From Deinococcales bacterium (GTDB taxonomy: Bacteria > Deinococcota > Deinococci > Deinococcales > JAAFIG01), in contig JANNVX010000113.1 of assembly GCA_031414595.1 (NCBI GenBank), positions 1 through 11,955 of the forward strand: a DNA stretch of 11,955 nt, read 5' to 3'. Position numbers and translations under genes: made by a program. Of the stretch, positions 7,554 to 11,955 are shown piece after piece; the stretch's first letter is position 1; the number at the start of each line of letters is the position of its first letter. The notes under the pieces are model-generated. The model worked only from the letters and a program-made list of their open reading frames with translations. It searched no databases and was not told the origin of the DNA.

Positions 7554-9134
7554 GTGCAACAACAACCCAGTTTTGTACCCAGTGTTAAACGCAGATGGGG
7601 CATTCAGCAGCGCTTTTTTTTGTTGCAAGCGGTACTTTTTGCATTGCTGACCCTGATTTTAGCCGCCGTGCAAATCAGTACCTTACGCAGTTCTTTAGAG
7701 CGTGATTATGGGATTCGGGCGCTTAATGTATCCCGCTCTGTGGCACTGATACCTAGTGTCATAAACGCCATGAACGACCCACGACCACAAGACATGATTA
7801 ACCCCTTGGTCAATCAGATACGCGAACGTGTCAATGCTGATTTTATTGTGGTTGGTAATCTCGAGGAAGTGCGCTACTCACACCCATTGCCTGAACGTAT
7901 CGGGCAGAAGATGGTCGGGGGTGATAACCAAGAACCATTGGCGGGCAGAGAAATTGTCAGTATTGCCACGGGTTCACTGGGGCGTTCGATTCGCGGTAAA
8001 GTCCCTCTTTTTGACTCGAGCAAAAAAGTGATTGGTGTGGTCAGCACTGGTTTTTTACTGCCCACTGTACAAAGTACCTTTTTGACTGTACTGCAAAGTA
8101 TTCTGCCTTGGTACGGGGTGGCGCTGCTGGTTGCCCTGATTTCCTCGAGCCTGATTGCAAGGCGCTTGAAACGCGAAATGCTAGACCTTGAACCAGAACA
8201 AATTGCCGCCCTTGTACGCCAACACCAAGCCACGCTCAGCGCCATGCAGGAAGGGGTTTTGGTACTCGACCCAGACTTAAAAATCCAAGTTCAGAACCTT
8301 CGGGCGCAGCAAATCCTCAATGCCAAAATCGGCGATGAGTTACCGAACATCTGGCAGGAATTAGCAGCAACCAAACTCGAGCAAAAAGAAAATCAGCCAT
8401 TTAAGTTTGGTCATCAGCACCTCATGGTCACGATGCTCGAAATGGGCGAAGGGTGGAGCGTGATTACTTTTCGTGACCGTGCCGAAGTCCTCGAGATTGC
8501 CCAACAACTGACCCAAAGCCAGCAATACGCCGAGCTTCTTCGCGCCCAAACCCATGAATTTCAAAATCGGCTACACACCATCTCTGGATTGATTCAACTG
8601 GGTCAATTAGAAAGCGCCCTGAGCATCATTCGTAGTGCCTCAGAACGCAATTTGGCATTGCACGAAATGCTCCAAGACCTCGAAGTGCCACAGGTGGCTG
8701 CCCTGATTATCGGCAAATACGAACGCGCCCAAGAACTTGGGATTGCCTTTGCGCTTGAGTCCGGCTCGAGTCTGCCCAAACACTGGGCAAAACTTGGCAC
8801 AGAAAGTCTGGTGTTGATGATTGGCAATTTACTCGAGAATGCTTTTGATGCTGCCCTAGACAGCCAAAACAAACAAGTTGGTTTAATGCTTGGTACGGAC
8901 CCCGAAGGGCTACAAATCGAAATTCGGGACTCTGGCAGTGGTATCCCTGCATGGCTCGAGCCACGGGTTTTTGAACGCGCCGTCAGCAGCAAAGGCACAG
9001 GGCGCGGCTACGGATTAAGTCTGGTACGCCAACAAGTTCTGGCACTGGGCGGGTCTATAAAACACTTTCGGCATCAAGAACAAACGGTTTTTCAAATCAG
9101 TTTTGCGGTTGACACCCTAAAAGGCAACCCATGA
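7554..9134 (+). CDS. CitA/DcuS-family sensor histidine kinase (526 aa)
   Basis: Two TM helices flanking an sCache-type domain ('FIVV..RYSHP..ERIG...GGDN...G.LG.SIRGKVP'); 'LEPEQIA'; H-box '[18 protein letters not shown]'; N-box '[10 protein letters not shown]'; G-boxes 'DSGSGI' and 'SSKG..RGYGL'. Confidence 0.95.
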   Translation: MQQQPSFVPSVKRRWGIQQRFFLLQAVLFALLTLILAAVQISTLRSSLERDYGIRALNVSRSVALIPSVINAMNDPRPQDMINPLVNQIRERVNADFIVVGNLEEVRYSHPLPERIGQKMVGGDNQEPLAGREIVSIATGSLGRSIRGKVPLFDSSKKVIGVVSTGFLLPTVQSTFLTVLQSILPWYGVALLVALISSSLIARRLKREMLDLEPEQIAALVRQHQATLSAMQEGVLVLDPDLKIQVQNLRAQQILNAKIGDELPNIWQELAATKLEQKENQPFKFGHQHLMVTMLEMGEGWSVITFRDRAEVLEIAQQLTQSQQYAELLRAQTHEFQNRLHTISGLIQLGQLESALSIIRSASERNLALHEMLQDLEVPQVAALIIGKYERAQELGIAFALESGSSLPKHWAKLGTESLVLMIGNLLENAFDAALDSQNKQVGLMLGTDPEGLQIEIRDSGSGIPAWLEPRVFERAVSSKGTGRGYGLSLVRQQVLALGGSIKHFRHQEQTVFQISFAVDTLKGNP

Positions 9135-9799
9135 CCAAGGTTTACTTACTCGAAGATGACCCTTGGGTAGCCCAAATTAACGCCCAGATGGTCTCGAGTA
9201 TTGCTGGATTTAAGGTGGTTGGCACTGCCCGCACCATCCGCCAAGCCCACCAAGAAATTTTAGAATTACACCCGCAACTCTTGCTACTTGATATTTACTT
9301 ACCAGACGGCAGCGGACTCGAGTTTTTACACACCTTACGAGCTGCCAGACTTGAATTTGAAGCCATGATGATCACGGCTGATAACGACACGAACTCGGTG
9401 CGTCATGCCCTGATGGACGGCGTATTTGATTATCTGATTAAACCTTTTGAACGCAGCCGCTTAGAAACTGCTTTAGAACGTTACAGCACCCGTCATCAAT
9501 GGCAAAGCGACAAGCACCTTGACCAAAGCAAAATAGACCATTTGCTCGGTCACAACCTCGAGCCAGACCTCCCCAAAGGCATAGACCCCAATAAACTCGA
9601 GCAGATAAAAACTCTGCTGCGCTTACAAACCCAGACTTTAAGTGCCGAAGAAATTGCTGCTAGTCTTGGTATCTCGAGGGTGACGGCATGGCGTTACCTC
9701 GAGTATTTATGCAGCAGCAATTGGGCAATTTTAGAAAATGACCAGAGCGGGACTGGCAGACCCGTGAAGCGGTATAAACGGTTACAGATGGGGAACTAA
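9131..9799 (+). CDS. CitB/DcuR-family response regulator (222 aa)
   Basis: Receiver 'LLEDD...LLLDIYLPDG...ITA...DYLIKPF'; CitB-type C-terminus 'LPKGID' and HTH 'SAEEIA..LGISRVTAWRYLEYL...GRP'. ATGA overlap with the kinase. Confidence 0.95.
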   Translation: MTKVYLLEDDPWVAQINAQMVSSIAGFKVVGTARTIRQAHQEILELHPQLLLLDIYLPDGSGLEFLHTLRAARLEFEAMMITADNDTNSVRHALMDGVFDYLIKPFERSRLETALERYSTRHQWQSDKHLDQSKIDHLLGHNLEPDLPKGIDPNKLEQIKTLLRLQTQTLSAEEIAASLGISRVTAWRYLEYLCSSNWAILENDQSGTGRPVKRYKRLQMGN

Positions 9800-9863
9800 A
9801 CGGTTTACTCGAGACTTACAAAAGCTCTCAAGGTTCAATAAAAAATGTGACCTCTTACGGACT

Positions 9864-9910
9864 CCCCCCGCCTTCGGCGACCCCCTCGAAAAGAGGGGGT
9901 TTTGGGGTCG
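9864..9910 (+). terminator. Double-hairpin element or terminator between the convergent response regulator and IMPDH/GMPR-like genes
   Basis: CGCC-TTC-GGCG (9869-9879), then ACCCCCTC (9880-9887) - GAAAA - GAGGGGGT (9893-9900), followed by TTT. Confidence 0.6.
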
Positions 9911-9950
9911 TTGTACTATTTGCCAGTTTGCATATTGGCATCTAACCAGT

Positions 9951-10988
9951 TCACACATGGGCATCTAAGCGGGTTGAATTCTCGAGTTGGGTGCTGTTTG
10001 TAACCCGAATGACCTCGGCTTTGGTGCGGTATTCTTCTAAAGTCAGGGCATCCACATAACTCATGGCACTCCGCAGGGCTTGTTCGTAATGCTTAAAGAC
10101 TTCTTGTACGGTGTCTGATTCAAAACGTACCCGCCCTTGCGCTCCTTCAACAAATTCGGAATTGCCTTTGGCTTTAGCGCTTGCCATGCCAAAGTATTCT
10201 TTATACTTGTGTGCGCCAAGTTCAAAAATTGGTGAGCAGGTTTCTTTTACCGCACTGAACGGACGACCCATCATGACTAAGTGCGCTCCGAGTGCCACAG
10301 CTTTACAAAAATCGGCAGTGCCTTTGATGCCACCATCAATACACAAAAAATGTGGACTGTTGCCACTGACTTGCTCGACCAGCCACGCATTGGGGCTACC
10401 AATTCCCGTTACGCCCCGCGTGGTACAGGCACTACCCGAGCCAACACTATACTTTTGAATATGTTGCTGCTTAGCCCCCAAGAAACGTTGTACGGCTCGA
10501 GGTGAACCAAAATTACCAACCATTAAGACATTTTGGTCATTATGCCAATCCAACACATCTTCATCTTCGATAATTGCGCCGTTGGCAATGTCAATCGAAA
10601 CGATAATGCCGTTTTTATTCATTAAACGAGATTTGTGTTCCCTAAATTCATCCAAGCCGACAGCCATACCAATCGGCAGCCCTTCGGAAGCAAGTTTTGA
10701 TACAACCGCAAAACGGGCTTCAAAAGTGGTTTCTGGCATTCCCCTAGACTGAATATGCACCCCGCCAGCCTCGGCAACCGCCCTTGCAAAAGTGGTACTT
10801 GGTGCGCCAGTATTGGCATAGTCGGTATCAAAAACCGCCATGCTTGCGGTCAGAATCGGCAAGGCTAATTTGAACGCACCGACTTGCAAACTGGTATCCA
10901 CCAAGCGCCGCGATTTGACACGGCTGTGAGGGGCAGGGAGAATCAGCACGTCATCAAAGGTAAAGGCTTCAGTATTTGAAGTTTTCAT
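9951..10988 (-). CDS. IMP dehydrogenase / GMP reductase family protein without CBS domains, divergent; probably GMPR-like (345 aa)
   Basis: 'TFDDVLILP', 'LPILTASM', 'IDIANG', catalytic Cys loop 'SVGSGSACTTR..G.GSP', 'DGGI...D..KA.A.GA..VMMG', 'EYFGMAS', 'VEG', 'LRSAMSYV'. Confidence 0.88.
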   Translation of the reverse strand: MKTSNTEAFTFDDVLILPAPHSRVKSRRLVDTSLQVGAFKLALPILTASMAVFDTDYANTGAPSTTFARAVAEAGGVHIQSRGMPETTFEARFAVVSKLASEGLPIGMAVGLDEFREHKSRLMNKNGIIVSIDIANGAIIEDEDVLDWHNDQNVLMVGNFGSPRAVQRFLGAKQQHIQKYSVGSGSACTTRGVTGIGSPNAWLVEQVSGNSPHFLCIDGGIKGTADFCKAVALGAHLVMMGRPFSAVKETCSPIFELGAHKYKEYFGMASAKAKGNSEFVEGAQGRVRFESDTVQEVFKHYEQALRSAMSYVDALTLEEYRTKAEVIRVTNSTQLENSTRLDAHV

Positions 10989-10994
10989 AACTAC

Positions 10995-11003
10995 ATTCTA
11001 GCA
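10995..11003 (-). promoter_or_regulatory. Extended -10 element (TGc-TAGAAT); probable leaderless transcript
   Basis: TAGAAT (10995-11000, - strand) exactly 6 nt before ATG 10988, with no SD. Confidence 0.7.
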
Positions 11004-11008
11004 AAAGC

Positions 11009-11020
11009 CAAGGCTCGAGC
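11009..11020. repeat. 12-bp direct repeat CAAGGCTCGAGC, left flank of the HNH cassette
   Basis: Identical to 11752-11763 and 214-225. Abuts the HNH stop codon at 11021. Confidence 0.7.
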
Positions 11021-11479
11021 TTAAATGGTAGGCATGGTCGAATCAATCCGTTTTTTTGCCGCTCGAGTAGGATAACGTTGTGCTTCTTGTAACATTTCAC
11101 GCTCGAGTAATCGGTCATTGGTGTTCATTCCTAGAATCGTTGTGGTTGCTTGACCAACTTCTGATTTTGCGACAATTGTAATTTCATTATCTGCAAATGC
11201 AAAATGCTCTGCCCAGATGTCTGAACGTGGATTAAAAAATCGTACCAACACACCATTCACCAGTGTGCCAAGGTCACTGCCTTTGGCTCGATTACAATTT
11301 GTACAAGCCAGTGCTAAATTATCAAAACTTGTTTCACCACCATGTTTTTCGGCAATAATATGATCCACCTGACAACCAAAAAACGTATCGTCTTCGTGAA
11401 TCAAGCAATACTCACACAATTTTTCGGCTCGTAAAATCACCGCACGACGCAACTCCACAGGAATATAAGTAACGCTCAC
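11021..11479 (-). CDS. HNH endonuclease with paired CxxC zinc-binding motifs (152 aa)
   Basis: 'CEYC...VDHIIAEKHGG....DNLALACTNCNRAKG', followed by an 'FFNPR..W..HF' extension. The GTG start overlaps the upstream TGA (GTGA, 11476-11479). Confidence 0.92.
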   Translation of the reverse strand: MSVTYIPVELRRAVILRAEKLCEYCLIHEDDTFFGCQVDHIIAEKHGGETSFDNLALACTNCNRAKGSDLGTLVNGVLVRFFNPRSDIWAEHFAFADNEITIVAKSEVGQATTTILGMNTNDRLLEREMLQEAQRYPTRAAKKRIDSTMPTI

Positions 11480-11709
11480 TGGGCAATCAGCACTCGAGCT
11501 TTGGCTTTGGCTAAACGCATTAAATGCTCGAGTTGCAAGTAATGCTCGAGTTCAGAAGTTTCTTCTGGTGTCAAACCATCATTTTTTTCTAGTGCAATTA
11601 AATACGCCACACGTTCTTTACTAGCCTCAGAAGGCACAAAATGAGCCACAGCAACCGAGGGCTGTCCAGCAGCGATAAAATCAATGACTTCTTGATAGGC
11701 ACTAACCAT
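11476..11709 (-). CDS. Small alpha-helical hypothetical protein (77 aa), candidate antitoxin or partner of the HNH nuclease
   Basis: Has its own promoter and is translationally coupled to the HNH gene. Acidic helical core 'LTPEETSELEHYLQLEHLMRLAKAKAR'. Confidence 0.8.
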   Translation of the reverse strand: MVSAYQEVIDFIAAGQPSVAVAHFVPSEASKERVAYLIALEKNDGLTPEETSELEHYLQLEHLMRLAKAKARVLIAQ

Positions 11710-11715
11710 ATAAAA

Positions 11716-11748
11716 AGTGTAATCGAAAACGAATTAGATTGCAATTTA
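11716..11748 (-). promoter_or_regulatory. Promoter of the two-gene HNH operon with an overlapping palindrome
   Basis: On the - strand: TTGCAA (11739-11744) - 17 nt - TACACT (11716-11721) - 6 nt - ATG 11709. Imperfect palindrome TAGATTGCAATTTA (11735-11748) is centred on the -35. Confidence 0.7.
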
Positions 11749-11751
11749 GAG

Positions 11752-11763
11752 CAAGGCTCGAGC
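11752..11763. repeat. 12-bp direct repeat CAAGGCTCGAGC, right flank of the HNH cassette
   Basis: Identical to 11009-11020. Overlaps the perfect palindrome AGGCTCGAGCCT (11754-11765). Confidence 0.7.
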
Positions 11764-11817
11764 CTAGGCAAGGTTTTTGATGTGCCAATTGGCATATTTC
11801 CTTCGAGCTTAGAACGC

Positions 11818-11955
11818 TAAGGAACTGTCCAAGAATAACTTCCTGATTTCAAATAGACCAAAAACAGACAATTGGTCACAGGGCGGACACGGGGGTCCGC
11901 CCCTACCTGACGTATTTTTATGGATTTTGTAGGGACAGACCCCTGTGTCTGTCCT
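11818..11955. mobile_element. Left part of a putative MITE (TAA 11818-11820 + left TIR 11821-11843 + REP doublet)
   Basis: The TIR is the inverted partner (18/23) of 115-137, and the sequence runs into the REP doublet. Confidence 0.65.
11875..11955. repeat. 81-bp terminal direct repeat (copy 2) with REP doublet
   Basis: Identical to 1-81. REP-A at 11881-11906, REP-B at 11929-11954. Confidence 0.92.

Noticed and set aside
7323-7628. 102-codon N-terminal extension of the TctC ORF in the ORF track
   Set aside because: It overlaps the divergent kinase gene and the promoter region. The ATG at 7322 has an SD and begins a signal peptide.
2366-10831. Remaining short overlapping ORFs (e.g. 3070-3441, 3931-4377, 5253-5600, 7874-8245, 8603-8998, 9782-9964, 10111-10458)
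   Set aside because: They lie antisense or out of frame within confidently identified genes, or run across a hairpin element.
11021-11479. HNH as the mobiliser of the REP/MITE element, or as an IscB/Cas9-like RNA-guided nuclease
   Set aside because: At 152 aa it has no RuvC, HUH or DDE motifs and no room for an associated structured RNA. Proximity alone is not evidence.
11598-11795. 65-aa ORF overlapping the small HNH partner gene
   Set aside because: It runs through the promoter of the better-supported 11476-11709 gene in another frame.

Overview
This looks like a bacterial chromosomal segment, probably Deinococcota (inferred from leaderless TANNNT-N6-start promoters and protein types). 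Gene content, left to right: a beta-rich surface lipoprotein (-); a multi-TM membrane protein translationally coupled to an MFS transporter (+); a tctCBA tripartite tricarboxylate transporter (-) divergent from a CitA/CitB-family two-component system (+); a divergent CBS-less IMPDH/GMP-reductase-family enzyme (-); and a small helical protein plus HNH nuclease operon (-) that resembles a toxin-antitoxin pair. The first and last 81 bp are identical and hold an inverted pair of GTAG-type REP hairpins. Joining the two ends reconstructs a ~191-bp element with 23-bp imperfect terminal inverted repeats and TAA on both sides, i.e. a MITE-like shell carrying a REP doublet. The palindrome CTCGAG occurs about 55 times by hand count (about 3 expected), forms a terminator stem, lies inside 12-bp direct repeats bracketing the HNH cassette, and is absent from the lipoprotein gene.
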